A DNA stretch of 64,000 nucleotides from Acidobacteriota bacterium (lineage in GTDB: Bacteria > Acidobacteriota > UBA890 > WLXD01): NCBI GenBank assembly GCA_965248695.1, contig CBDFKD010000002.1, forward strand, positions 3,648,001 through 3,712,000. The letters are read 5' to 3'. Below the pieces are notes generated by a model. It had not been told where the DNA came from. It did not search any database and saw only the letters and a program-made list of their open reading frames with translations. This document shows positions 49,494 to 59,259 of this stretch, piece by piece (positions within the stretch are counted from its first letter, which is position 1; every line of letters starts with the position of its first letter). The position numbers and the translations under genes were made by a program.

Positions 49494-50779
49494 TTCGCAG
49501 CGCCGTGTTGGCGATGACCCTGTGGAGCGTCAGCGGGCAGCTGTCGCAGGTTGCCGCCCAGCAGACGAGTGCCGCTGCCGCCGCCGAGGCCCTTTTCGCG
49601 GAGGCTGAAGGATTCCTTCGCATGGGGCGTCTGCAGGAAGCACGTATGGGCTACGAGCGCGTCGTCGCCGAGTTCGACGCGGCGACGGCCGTATCGTGGC
49701 GTGCGGCGGCACGCGTGCGTCTCGGCGATCTGCGCTGGCGCGCCGGCGCGTATGCCCTCGCGGGCGGTGAGTATGTTCGGGTGCTCGAGCAGGAGCCACC
49801 AACGGCATGGACGTCGCGCGCCCGTCTGGGCCTCGCTGGGATCGCCCTGGTCGACGGCGATTGGGTGGGAGCGGCGGATCTGTTGCAGCGGGTGATCAAT
49901 GCCACCGAGGCGGGCCGCCCCGACGGGGATCGGGCCGCCGCGGCCGATGCACGTCAGCGTCTCGCGTTGATCCAGCGGTTTCGGCTACGGCCACGAAGCG
50001 GAACGCCGTATTGGACCTCGGCCGTCGTACTGCCGTCGCCGGGACACGAGCTGCGCCGCCCCGTTGCGTTGGCGGCCAGCAACGACGGTCAGCTCCTGGT
50101 TGTCGATGAGGGAATCGCAGCCGTGCTGTTGGTCTCCGCCGATGGGTCGCGGGTGAACCGACTCACGTTCGACGATCATCGGCGCCCATGGTGGGGCTTC
50201 GACGGCTTGCCGTATCTGCCAACGCGCAAGGCCGGAGTCATCGCGCTCGGTGGATCCAAGCTCAACTTCGTGGCCAACGAGGCCGCCCGCCGAGTGCCGC
50301 TAGAGGATTTGCAGAGCGGCGCGCGGACTCCCGCCGGCCACTGGTACCTGCTCGACTCCGACCCGCGCCGGGTGCTGCGATTCGCTCCCGAGGGAGGGTT
50401 CGATCGGCAGATCACCGGCAGCGGTGTCGAGCCGGTGGATCTGGTCGTCGACGGGCGCGGTCGGCTGCTGGTACTCGAGCGTCGGTTTGGCCGGGTCATA
50501 CGGTTCGATATCGAGGGCCGCGAGGACGTCGTGGTCGTGACGGGCAACTGGCGGCGGCCCGAGGCGATCGAGGTCGACGGCCTGGACAATATCTACGTGC
50601 TGGATCGAGACGCGAAGGTGATCGATGTGTTCGATGCCGACGGCAACCCGCTGGATCGACTGGGGCCCGACTTCCCCAGCGGCGTGGAGTTGCGAAGCCC
50701 ACGAGACCTCGCCGTCGATGGCACCGGGCGTGTCTACGTCGCCGATCGTGGCGCCGCAACCGTTTACATGATCCGATGA
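49478..50779 (+). CDS. Exported TPR + NHL-repeat protein
   Basis: Signal peptide, TPR helices, RPEAIEVD..IYVLD, PRDLAVD..VYVAD. Confidence 0.8.
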   Translation: MRRGLIRSAVLAMTLWSVSGQLSQVAAQQTSAAAAAEALFAEAEGFLRMGRLQEARMGYERVVAEFDAATAVSWRAAARVRLGDLRWRAGAYALAGGEYVRVLEQEPPTAWTSRARLGLAGIALVDGDWVGAADLLQRVINATEAGRPDGDRAAAADARQRLALIQRFRLRPRSGTPYWTSAVVLPSPGHELRRPVALAASNDGQLLVVDEGIAAVLLVSADGSRVNRLTFDDHRRPWWGFDGLPYLPTRKAGVIALGGSKLNFVANEAARRVPLEDLQSGARTPAGHWYLLDSDPRRVLRFAPEGGFDRQITGSGVEPVDLVVDGRGRLLVLERRFGRVIRFDIEGREDVVVVTGNWRRPEAIEVDGLDNIYVLDRDAKVIDVFDADGNPLDRLGPDFPSGVELRSPRDLAVDGTGRVYVADRGAATVYMIR

Positions 50780-52899
50780 GCCGGGCCTCGACCCTGGCGT
50801 GGTTCGCCCGGCAGTGTTGGCGTGGCGGCGTGGCGTTGACCCTGGTACTGGCGACCACCCCCGCGCCACAGGCAGCGGCGCAGGGCGGGCTCGAGCAGCT
50901 CGGCATTCTCTACTCGCGCGCCGAGACCATGATCCGCGCCGGCGACCACGAGGGCGCGATCGGCTTCCTCGATCGAATGATCGGGCAGTTCGATGAGGGT
51001 GCGCCACGGTCGGAGGCGTACCAGCTGCTCCTGAGGCGCGGCTTGATGTCGAGAGCGGAGGCTTTCTGGGAGGTCGGCCGGCGCGGCGAAGTCGACGAAG
51101 ATCTCGACCGGGTCATCGAGCTGGCGCCCGCGTTCGAGGTGGATCCCGAGTCGGTCTCTGACGACCTCGCGTCGCGCTTCCGTCGGCGCCGCGAGCGCAA
51201 GGTCGGATTCCTCCGCGTCGGACGCTTCCCTGCCCATCTGCGCGTCTCGGTTGACGGTCGCGAGCTCGAGGATCTCCCGGACATCCTGCCGGTGCTCGCT
51301 GGCGATCACGTTGTCGTGGGCCGGCTCCCCGGCTACGCGAGCCAGCGTGAGGAAGTGAGCGTACGCAACAACAGAACCGAGGGAGTCGGGCTGTCGCTGG
51401 AAAGGTCGAGTGCCACGCTGCGCCTGGCCACCGACCCACCGGGTGCGGTCATTGCGCTGAATGGAGACGTCATCGGCGCGACCCAGCAGTCGATGGTCAA
51501 CTCGGCAACGACCGTGTCGTTGCCGCTCATGGTCGATGGCCTGCTGCCCGGCTGGTACGACATCGAGGTGACCCTTGCCGAGCACCGAACGTTCCGACAG
51601 CGGTTGGAGGTCCCGGATCTGAGCGACTATGACCTCGGGGTCCTGCGCCTCGATGCGGCGCTGGGAATGCTGGTGCTGCGCGGTGTGTCGCCGGCCGCCA
51701 ACGTGTTCATCGACGGCGAGCTCGCCGAGCTGATGCGCCAGGACGGCGCCACCGATCAGGCTCGCGTGGAGCTCCCCGTCGGTGACCATCGCGTCATGGT
51801 CTCGATGCCGGGCACCGGCGTGTTCGAGATGCCGTTCCGTCTCGAGGACGGCACCACGCGAAGCTTGGAGGTGCGCCTGTTGCCGGGGATCGCCGTTCTC
51901 GGCGCCCGGGGTGGCGACGCGTTGGACCGCGACGAGGTGCTCGGTGATCTCATCAGCGAGCTCGGGAGCGCCAGCGGCTGGTACCGCATGGATCGCCGCG
52001 ACCGTTTGGCGGATCTGCAGTTGCAGGACGACGGCACGGTAAGCGCTGACGTGCAGCGGCGGCTGGAGCAGGAGATACCCGCCAGCGTGTTCGTAACCGT
52101 CGAGCTGGAATCGTCGTTCGCTGCCGAGGTCGTGCTGCGATTGTGGGCCGCCGGCTCGGGCCTGTCGCACGGCGAGGTACGGCTGCCACGCGGCGATCGA
52201 GTGGCGCTCGCGGCCTGGGTCGACGAGCTCGCCGCGCCGTTGCCCGCGGAGCGCTCCTGGATCGGCGCATTGATCGTCGATGGCGGGCTGGAGGGCGATG
52301 GGATCGTTGCCGAGCTGACGCCCAATGGCCCCGCGGCCGGTGCTGGACTGAACGTCGGTGATCGCGTTCTCACGATCGACGGGGCGCCGGTGGCCGGTGC
52401 TGCTGGGGTGGAAACAGCCTTAGGCTCCGCGGCACCGTTCGGCCGGCGAGCCATCGGCTATGAGCGCGGTGACTCGCAGGGGATCGCGAGCCTGACGCTG
52501 GGCTCCAGCCCGTCGTTGCGGACGGGTCTGGATCCAGCGCAGGCGGTAGTGCTGTGGGCGGCGGCGACGGCTGCGATGGGCGCCACCGACACCGCAGTGC
52601 CTCGCTGGGTGCTACAGATGCAGATGGCCCACCTGCTGCTGGAGCAGAACGAGCTCGAAGGGGCGATCGACATACTGCGGCAGGTGCGTGCCCCCGCCGA
52701 TGCACCCTTCGGCGTCGGGGCGGTGGACTACTGGCTTGGAGTTGCCCTGGCCGCGCGTACGGGCGACGACGTGCAGACGGCTCGCCAGGCGCTGACCCGG
52801 GCGGTAGCCGCCGCCGATGCGCGCCTCTTCCACAACGACGGGCCGCGCCTCGCGACGCGCGCGCGGGTGCGATTGGCAGAGCTCGAGACACAGAACTGA
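50776..52899 (+). CDS. Exported TPR/PEGA/PDZ protein
   Basis: ATGA overlap; TDPPGAVIALNG (PEGA); GPAAGAGLNVGDRVLTIDG (PDZ). Confidence 0.75.
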   Translation: MSRASTLAWFARQCWRGGVALTLVLATTPAPQAAAQGGLEQLGILYSRAETMIRAGDHEGAIGFLDRMIGQFDEGAPRSEAYQLLLRRGLMSRAEAFWEVGRRGEVDEDLDRVIELAPAFEVDPESVSDDLASRFRRRRERKVGFLRVGRFPAHLRVSVDGRELEDLPDILPVLAGDHVVVGRLPGYASQREEVSVRNNRTEGVGLSLERSSATLRLATDPPGAVIALNGDVIGATQQSMVNSATTVSLPLMVDGLLPGWYDIEVTLAEHRTFRQRLEVPDLSDYDLGVLRLDAALGMLVLRGVSPAANVFIDGELAELMRQDGATDQARVELPVGDHRVMVSMPGTGVFEMPFRLEDGTTRSLEVRLLPGIAVLGARGGDALDRDEVLGDLISELGSASGWYRMDRRDRLADLQLQDDGTVSADVQRRLEQEIPASVFVTVELESSFAAEVVLRLWAAGSGLSHGEVRLPRGDRVALAAWVDELAAPLPAERSWIGALIVDGGLEGDGIVAELTPNGPAAGAGLNVGDRVLTIDGAPVAGAAGVETALGSAAPFGRRAIGYERGDSQGIASLTLGSSPSLRTGLDPAQAVVLWAAATAAMGATDTAVPRWVLQMQMAHLLLEQNELEGAIDILRQVRAPADAPFGVGAVDYWLGVALAARTGDDVQTARQALTRAVAAADARLFHNDGPRLATRARVRLAELETQN

Positions 52900-52935
52900 A
52901 GGTGCCGACGCAGGGGCTCGAGGGGCTTTTCACGC

Positions 52936-53910
52936 ATGCGCTATCTGTCAGCCGCCGATCTTGACCGCGCGCTCCCCATGGACGCAGCCATCGACGCGAT
53001 GGAGGCCGTCTTCGCTGCCTCGGCTGGCGGACAGACCGAGGTTCCCGACCGCACCGTGATTCGTGGCGTGCGCAACGACGGCACGGACTCGCTGCTGCTC
53101 ACCATGCCTGCCGGCTGGCGGGGCCGCGGCGCCGGCGCCAAGGTCTCGAGCTTCATCGCCGACAACCCGGCGCGCGGGCTGGCCGCGGTACAGGGAATCG
53201 CGGTGCTCTTCGATACCGATAGCGGAAGCCCTGTGATGCTCACCAACGCGGCGGCGCTCACCGTGCGGCGAACCGCGGCAATGGTCGGTTTGGCGACGCG
53301 CGCCCTGGCCCGCGCCGACTCCAAGCGCCTGGCGATCATTGGTACGGGGGCCCTGGCTGCCGACATGATCGCCGCAGTACGCTGCGTGCGGCCGATCGAT
53401 AGCGTCGTCGCATTCAACCGGACCGCTGACAAGGCGCGCGCGCTGATGGATAGCCTGACGATCCCGGGTGCGGTTGCCGCTACGCCGGAGGATGCCGCAC
53501 GTGAGGCCGATATTCTCGTGCTGGCGACGTCCTCGACGACGCCAGTGGTGGCCGACGCCTCGATCTTGGCGGGCACGCACATCAACGCCGTCGGCAACTT
53601 CTCGCCGCAGGGAACCGAGCTCCCGTTGGAAACCGTGACGCGTTGCACGATCTTTGTGGATAGCTATGAGAGCGCGCTCTCGGAGGCCGGTGACCTGATC
53701 CTGGCGGCGGAGCGTGGCCTGATCGCTGCGGGCGCGGCCGGTGTTCAGGGAGATCTGGCGGAGATGTCGGCCGGTGCCGTGGCGTTGCGCTCGAGTGCCG
53801 AGGAGATCACCTTGTTCAAGAGCGTCGGGACGGCTCTGGCCGATCTCGGGGCGCTCTGGGCTGCCAATCACATGGCGGCGGAGTCGGATATCGGCATCCA
53901 ACTCGATTGA
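52936..53910 (+). CDS. Ornithine cyclodeaminase/mu-crystallin family
   Basis: LTVRRTAA, IIGTGALA, HINAVG, FKSVGTA. Confidence 0.92.
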   Translation: MRYLSAADLDRALPMDAAIDAMEAVFAASAGGQTEVPDRTVIRGVRNDGTDSLLLTMPAGWRGRGAGAKVSSFIADNPARGLAAVQGIAVLFDTDSGSPVMLTNAAALTVRRTAAMVGLATRALARADSKRLAIIGTGALAADMIAAVRCVRPIDSVVAFNRTADKARALMDSLTIPGAVAATPEDAAREADILVLATSSTTPVVADASILAGTHINAVGNFSPQGTELPLETVTRCTIFVDSYESALSEAGDLILAAERGLIAAGAAGVQGDLAEMSAGAVALRSSAEEITLFKSVGTALADLGALWAANHMAAESDIGIQLD

Positions 53911-54004
53911 GCCTCGCGGTTCGTCTTGTGAGCGACCTACCACGCGTCTATCCTCACTAGTGAAGATCACGCACCATCGTACCGACCCGCTCCGGAGCGT
54001 TTCC

Positions 54005-54388
54005 ATGGAACCCACAGCCAGCGAGCAACCCACAGGCGCGGCCCCGCTGCCGAGTTCGACGGGACCGCTTGTATTCACCGACGCGGCAATCGCCAAGGTT
54101 CGCGAGTTCCTGCAGACGAAGCCCGAGGCGCAAGACAAGATGCTGCGGATCTTCGTTCAGGGCGGCGGTTGTTCGGGGTTCGAGTACGGGTTCACCTTCG
54201 ACGAGCACAAGGAAGGCGACCTGGTGATCCCCCAGGGTGACATCGAGGTGCTGCTCGACTCCTTCAGCCTCCCGTACCTTGAGGGCTGCCACGTCGACTA
54301 TACGGACACCCTCATGGGTAGCGGCTTCTCGGTGAAGAACCCGAACGCCACCGGAACCTGTGGCTGCGGGCACTCGTTCTCGGCCTGA
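54005..54388 (+). CDS. erpA: A-type Fe-S carrier (ErpA/IscA)
   Basis: GGGCSGFEYG, NPNATGTCGCGHSF. Confidence 0.88.
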   Translation: MEPTASEQPTGAAPLPSSTGPLVFTDAAIAKVREFLQTKPEAQDKMLRIFVQGGGCSGFEYGFTFDEHKEGDLVIPQGDIEVLLDSFSLPYLEGCHVDYTDTLMGSGFSVKNPNATGTCGCGHSFSA

Positions 54389-54460
54389 GGAAGTCGGCGC
54401 CGGCGCGGCAACCGGGACCTGTCGCATCGCCACTCCTGTTCGTGCGTGCCGACGCCCGGG

Positions 54461-55216
54461 TTAGCTTCTCGGCTTGGTGCCCCAGTGGAGGGCGACAGTG
54501 CCCAGGGTCAGGAGGCGGTATTCGACATCGGTGAAGCTGGCCTGGGCGAGGATGGCGGCGAAGGAGTCAGGATTCTCCCAGGCATCGATGCTGCGGTTCA
54601 GATAGTCGAAGGGGACCGCGCTGCCGGTCAGCCAGCGGCCAACCCTGGGGACGATGGCTCGGGTGTAAAGACGATGACCCCAGCGCACCGGTGCTAGTGG
54701 CGGGTCGCAGAATTCGAGGATCACGAGCCGACCGCCGGGCTTGAGCACCCGGTAAGCCTCGTCCAGCACGGGACGCAGGATGGGGCGCACGTTGCGCATG
54801 GCGAAGGCCGAAAGAGCGCCGTCGAACCTGGCCTCACGGTAGGGGAGGGCGTCGGCGCTGGCGACATGGAAGGGCACCCGGAGGTGGGTTGCCGAACGCT
54901 TCTCGACGGCGGCGCGGATCATGGCCCCGGCGAAGTCGACGCCCACGGCTCGATGGCCGGACGCAGCTGAGGCCAGTGCCAGGTCGCCGGTTCCAGTGGC
55001 GATATCGAGCACGGCGCTGCCAGCGGGGACTGCTAGCTGCTGGATCGCGGCGCGCCGCCAGCCAGCGTCCATGCCGAGGCTGGCCCAGCGGTTGAACGCG
55101 TCATACCGCGGGGCGATGCCATCGAACATCTGCCGGACGGCGCCGGTGAACGATCCGCCGGCCGCCTCGACGCGGTCGGGTGCAATGCCGCTGTCATGAT
55201 CGAGTTCTTTGCCCAC
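54461..55216 (-). CDS. menG: UbiE/MenG quinone methyltransferase
   Basis: VRQMFDGIAPRYD, LDIATGTGD, FAMRNV, RVLKPGG. Confidence 0.85.
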   Translation of the reverse strand: MGKELDHDSGIAPDRVEAAGGSFTGAVRQMFDGIAPRYDAFNRWASLGMDAGWRRAAIQQLAVPAGSAVLDIATGTGDLALASAASGHRAVGVDFAGAMIRAAVEKRSATHLRVPFHVASADALPYREARFDGALSAFAMRNVRPILRPVLDEAYRVLKPGGRLVILEFCDPPLAPVRWGHRLYTRAIVPRVGRWLTGSAVPFDYLNRSIDAWENPDSFAAILAQASFTDVEYRLLTLGTVALHWGTKPRS

Positions 55217-55323
55217 GATCAGAGAGCGTGCCAGAATACGCTTTCTTCTGCCGCACGCGGGCCCGGCCGGCCCGTGCGCGCCGGTGTCGGCTCTCCCGAC
55301 CGGGCGCCCTCGGAGGTCCAGAG

Positions 55324-55629
55324 TTGACTGATTTTCTGACCGTGGCGACGGTTGCCGACCTGGCGGAAGGTAGCGGCAAGACGATCGAGATCGGGCAGCG
55401 TCAGATCGCGCTGTTCAACGTTGGCGGCACGTTCTACGCCGTCGAGAATACCTGCTGTCACCGCGGCGGCCCGGTAGGCGACGGCGATGTCGTCGGCACG
55501 GTGGTCAGCTGCCCGTGGCACGGATGGTGCTTCGATCTGGATAGCGGTGCGTGCCTCAATTCTCCAGGAGATCGGCTGCGGACCTATGATGTCGTGGTCG
55601 AGGGCAGCGAAGTGCGCGTCAGGCTATGA
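55324..55629 (+). CDS. Rieske 2Fe-2S ferredoxin
   Basis: CCHRGG...CPWHG. Confidence 0.9.
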   Translation: MTDFLTVATVADLAEGSGKTIEIGQRQIALFNVGGTFYAVENTCCHRGGPVGDGDVVGTVVSCPWHGWCFDLDSGACLNSPGDRLRTYDVVVEGSEVRVRL

Positions 55630-55665
55630 GGATCTGTTCGCTCCGTCGCGGACGTTCTAAACTGG

Positions 55666-56361
55666 GTGATCGATACCGGCGGCACGCCGATGCAACCTGA
55701 TGGAGCAATAGCGGTGGTGAAGAAAGCCAGGGTCACGCGGGAGCGCGAGGTCAGGCTGTACCAGAACGACTTCCTCGAGTCGCTGACCCGCGTTCATCCA
55801 GTCGTACCGATCTCCATATGGGGGCCGGTGGCGCTAGGGCTCATCTATCTCGGGTACGCGCGCGGCTTGTCGGCCGAGACAGTGGTGGCGCTGTCGGTGT
55901 TCGGCGCGTTCTCGTGGACGTTCGCCGAGTACTGCCTGCACCGGTGGATATTCCACTGGGAGCCGCGGCACCCGAAGCTCAAGGAGTTTTTCTACCCGCT
56001 GCACCAACTGCATCACGATGTGCAGGAGTGGGACCGGCTGCTCGCCCCGCCGATGATGGCGGTGCCGCTGTACTTGATTCTGATGTCCCTGGGCTACTGG
56101 ATCCTCGGTACGCCGACGTTGTTTCCCTTCTGGGGTGGCTTCACGATCGGCTATCTGTGCTACGACTACATTCACTTCTACACGCACTTCGTGAAGCCGA
56201 AGAATCGCATCGGAATGGGGTTGCGCAAACGCCACCTGCAGCACCATTTTTCCGCTGAAGAGCGTTGGTATGGCGTCAGCTCGCCGCTCTGGGACTACGT
56301 GTTCCGCACGCACGTGCCGCGTGACCAGCGACCGTTCGAGGCCGGACCCCGGCGCGACTAG
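55666..56361 (+). CDS. Fatty-acid hydroxylase/sterol desaturase family
   Basis: His boxes HRWIFH, HQLHH, HFYTH, HLQHH; YGVSSPLWD. Confidence 0.88.
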   Translation: MIDTGGTPMQPDGAIAVVKKARVTREREVRLYQNDFLESLTRVHPVVPISIWGPVALGLIYLGYARGLSAETVVALSVFGAFSWTFAEYCLHRWIFHWEPRHPKLKEFFYPLHQLHHDVQEWDRLLAPPMMAVPLYLILMSLGYWILGTPTLFPFWGGFTIGYLCYDYIHFYTHFVKPKNRIGMGLRKRHLQHHFSAEERWYGVSSPLWDYVFRTHVPRDQRPFEAGPRRD

Positions 56362-56398
56362 TGGCCTGGAAACAGATGATCGCTACAGGCCACTAGTC
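56356..56398. terminator. 13-bp perfect hairpin between convergent genes
   Basis: GACTAGTGGCCTG-N17-CAGGCCACTAGTC; no U-tract. Confidence 0.5.
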
Positions 56399-56399
56399 C

Positions 56400-57002
56400 C
56401 TACTGCTGCTGCTTGAAGGGAGCGCGGCTCAACAGCGGCGATGTCAGTGAGCGCGTCGCGGTGCCTGTTTCGACGACCTCGACGGGTACCGTCGTCGTGG
56501 TCTCCGCCGGCGCAAAGCAGGCCTCGTCGTTGCAGGCCTGGTACAGGACAGTGAATTCCAGGTTGCGGTAGCCGAGCGCGGCCGTTTCCGTCACCTCGAG
56601 CTCAACGCCGGCAACCACGGACCCCTCCCACACGCGCAGTGGCCCATCCCAGAAGCCGAATGTGAGCTCGTGGGCGGGTGGGTAGAAGACCTCGCCGATA
56701 TCGAAGCCGGCGGCCGACTCCGCCAGGCTTATGTCGGTGGCGATGAGGAAGTCCTCGGATGCCGGATTGGCGTTGACGTGGAACCCCTCGGCGACCCGGA
56801 TCTCGACCGCGGCCCGCAGCGTGGAACCGCGTGCCACCGGGCTCGTGGCGACAACGGCGGTCGCATCGGCCCTATCGCCCACCAGTTGCATGGCGGCGAC
56901 GTAGGCTGGCAACAGCAGAAAGATGGCGGCGGCCGTGGCGGCGCAGCCTCGAACCGTTTGCGCCCGCGGGCGGCGCTCGGACAGCCGCCTAGTCCGTCGC
57001 AT
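56400..57002 (-). CDS. DsbD N-terminal (Ig-like) domain protein
   Basis: GFHVNAN, YQACNDEACFAP. Confidence 0.8.
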   Translation of the reverse strand: MRRTRRLSERRPRAQTVRGCAATAAAIFLLLPAYVAAMQLVGDRADATAVVATSPVARGSTLRAAVEIRVAEGFHVNANPASEDFLIATDISLAESAAGFDIGEVFYPPAHELTFGFWDGPLRVWEGSVVAGVELEVTETAALGYRNLEFTVLYQACNDEACFAPAETTTTVPVEVVETGTATRSLTSPLLSRAPFKQQQ

Positions 57003-59073
57003 CCTCGGCTCGCTTGCTGGCCTCGATGACCTTCTGGGCGACGTTCGGTGGCACGTCGTCGTAGCGCGAGAACTCCATCGTGTACGTGCCGCGGCCGCCG
57101 GTGAGCGAGTTGAGCTCGACGGCGTAGCTGAGCAGCTCGGCGAGCGGCGCCTCGGCGTGGATGATCTGACGGTTCTTGCGTGGATCCATGCCCTGCACGC
57201 GCCCACGCCGGGAGTTGAGGTCGCCCATCACGTCGCCCATGGAGTCGTCCGGCACGTTGATCTCGAGCTTCATGATCGGTTCCAGCAGCACTGGCCGGGC
57301 TCGCGGCAGGGCCTCCTTGAACGCTATGGAACCGGCGATCTTGAAGGCCATCTCCGACGAGTCGACGTTGTGCTCCTTGCCGTCGATCAGCTGCACCTTG
57401 AAGTCGACCATCGGGTAGCCGGCGAGCACGCCGCGCGCCGACGCCTCGGCGATACCCTTCTCGACCGCCGGACGATAGGACTGCGAGATCGACCCGCCGA
57501 AGATCTTGTCCTCGAACTGGAAGCCGCTGCCCGCCGGCAGCGGACCAATGGTGATCTTGGCGACGCCGAACTGCCCACGGCCGCCGGATTGCTTCTTGTG
57601 GCGCCCCTCCGCCTCGGCGGTGCCGCGGATGGTCTCGCGGTAGGGAACCTTGGGCGGATGCAGCTTGGCATTCACGCCGTAGCGCCGCTTCATCTTCGCC
57701 AGCGTCACCTCGACGTGCAGCTGTCCGATTCCCGACAGCAGCAGCTCGTGGGTCTGTGGGTCGCGCTCCACGGCGAGTGTCGGATCCTCGTCCTTGAGGC
57801 GCGCGATGGCGTTGCTGATCTTCTCCTCGTCGCCCTTGCTCTCGGGCTCGAGGGCGAACGAGATCGCCGCCTTGGGGAACGCGACGTGCTCGACCATGGC
57901 CTTGCTTCCCTTGTCGCGCAACGTGTCGGAGGTGCCGGTGTCCTTGAGCTTGGTGACCGCGAAGATCTGTCCCGCCACCGCCTCGTCGAGCGGTTCGAGT
58001 TGTTTGCCCTGTACCGAGGACATGTTGGAGAGCCGCTCGTTGGATCCCGTGCGCGCGTTGACGACGGTGCCGTCGGCCTTGGCGCTGCCGGAGAACGCCT
58101 TGACGTAGTTGATACGACCGGCGAAGGCGTCGGAGACGGTCTTGAACACCAGACCGGCGAAGGGAGCGCTGCTATCGGCGTCGATCCACACGTCCTCGCC
58201 ATCCTCGCGGGCCAGCAGCTGCTGGCGATCGGTCGGAGCCGGGAGCAAGTTGACACATGCGTCCAGGACGCGATCCGTACCGATGTTGCGTGCCCCGGAG
58301 ATGCAGAGCACCGGGAAGAGACGCATTTGGATCACTGCCTGGCGGACACCCTCGATAAGCTGATCGCCCGTGAGGTCGCCCTCCTCGAAATAGATCTCCA
58401 TGAGTGCTTCGTTGCTCTCGGCGACCATCTCGACGAGCGCCTCACGCGCCGCCGTTGCCGCCTCCTGCATGTCATCGGGCACATCGCCCGGGGCGCCCTT
58501 GCCGTTGCCGTCGGCAGTGTAGGTGTAGGCCTTCATATCGAGCAGGTCCACGACGCCGGTGAAGTCGTGCGCCTCGCCGATCGGCAGCTGCAGGGCCACT
58601 ACCTCGCGGCCGAACGAATCTACGCAGGACTCGAGGGCGCGCTCGAACGAGCTGTTCTCGCGATCCAAACGGTTGATGACCACGACCCCCGGTATCTTGA
58701 GGTCGCGCCTATATTCCCAGACCTTCTCGGTCATCACCTCGGCGCCCGAAACAGCGTCGACGGTGAGCAGCGTACCGTCGACCACTCGTACGGCGCCCTT
58801 GGTCTCTGCGCGGAAAACCGCGTACCCAGGAGTGTCGACGAACGTAATGTTCGACTCACCCCATTGCGCGTGGGCGAGACCGACCTGGATCGAGATCTGA
58901 CGATCGATCTCCTCATCATCGAAGTCGGTGGTCGAGTGGCCTTCCTCGACCCGGCCGAGCCGGCTTACGGCGCCACTGGTGTACAGGCACGCTGACACCA
59001 GCGTCGTCTTGCCGGTATCGCCGTGCCCGATAACACCTACGTTACGAAGATCCTCGCTCGCGAACTTAGCCAT
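56989..59073 (-). CDS. fusA: Elongation factor G paralog (EF-G2 type)
   Basis: GHGDTGKTT, DTPGY, NRLD, KKQSGGRGQF, DSSEMAFK; outside the str operon. Confidence 0.9.
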   Translation of the reverse strand: MAKFASEDLRNVGVIGHGDTGKTTLVSACLYTSGAVSRLGRVEEGHSTTDFDDEEIDRQISIQVGLAHAQWGESNITFVDTPGYAVFRAETKGAVRVVDGTLLTVDAVSGAEVMTEKVWEYRRDLKIPGVVVINRLDRENSSFERALESCVDSFGREVVALQLPIGEAHDFTGVVDLLDMKAYTYTADGNGKGAPGDVPDDMQEAATAAREALVEMVAESNEALMEIYFEEGDLTGDQLIEGVRQAVIQMRLFPVLCISGARNIGTDRVLDACVNLLPAPTDRQQLLAREDGEDVWIDADSSAPFAGLVFKTVSDAFAGRINYVKAFSGSAKADGTVVNARTGSNERLSNMSSVQGKQLEPLDEAVAGQIFAVTKLKDTGTSDTLRDKGSKAMVEHVAFPKAAISFALEPESKGDEEKISNAIARLKDEDPTLAVERDPQTHELLLSGIGQLHVEVTLAKMKRRYGVNAKLHPPKVPYRETIRGTAEAEGRHKKQSGGRGQFGVAKITIGPLPAGSGFQFEDKIFGGSISQSYRPAVEKGIAEASARGVLAGYPMVDFKVQLIDGKEHNVDSSEMAFKIAGSIAFKEALPRARPVLLEPIMKLEINVPDDSMGDVMGDLNSRRGRVQGMDPRKNRQIIHAEAPLAELLSYAVELNSLTGGRGTYTMEFSRYDDVPPNVAQKVIEASKRAEDATD

Positions 59074-59259
59074 GCCTACCCTTGCTCCATAGTTTCAGGG
59101 TAGCGCCGCCAACGGGCACGCAGCGGGGCTAGGGGCGGGCCGTGCGAGCTGACGTAGTCGGTCGGCGCGAAGACTGCGCGAAAGGGCGGGATGGTACCAC
59201 GGCCGCGGCGAACTTCGTCCAGTTGGCTGTACCGTACTGTCCGTGACTGCCAGCGCGGC

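Noticed and set aside
50188-50775. N-terminal extension of the 903-aa ORF
   Set aside because: Overlaps the NHL gene out of frame; ATGA coupling supports the start at 50776
56923-58995. 690-aa plus-strand ORF
   Set aside because: Antisense shadow of EF-G, typical of high-GC DNA
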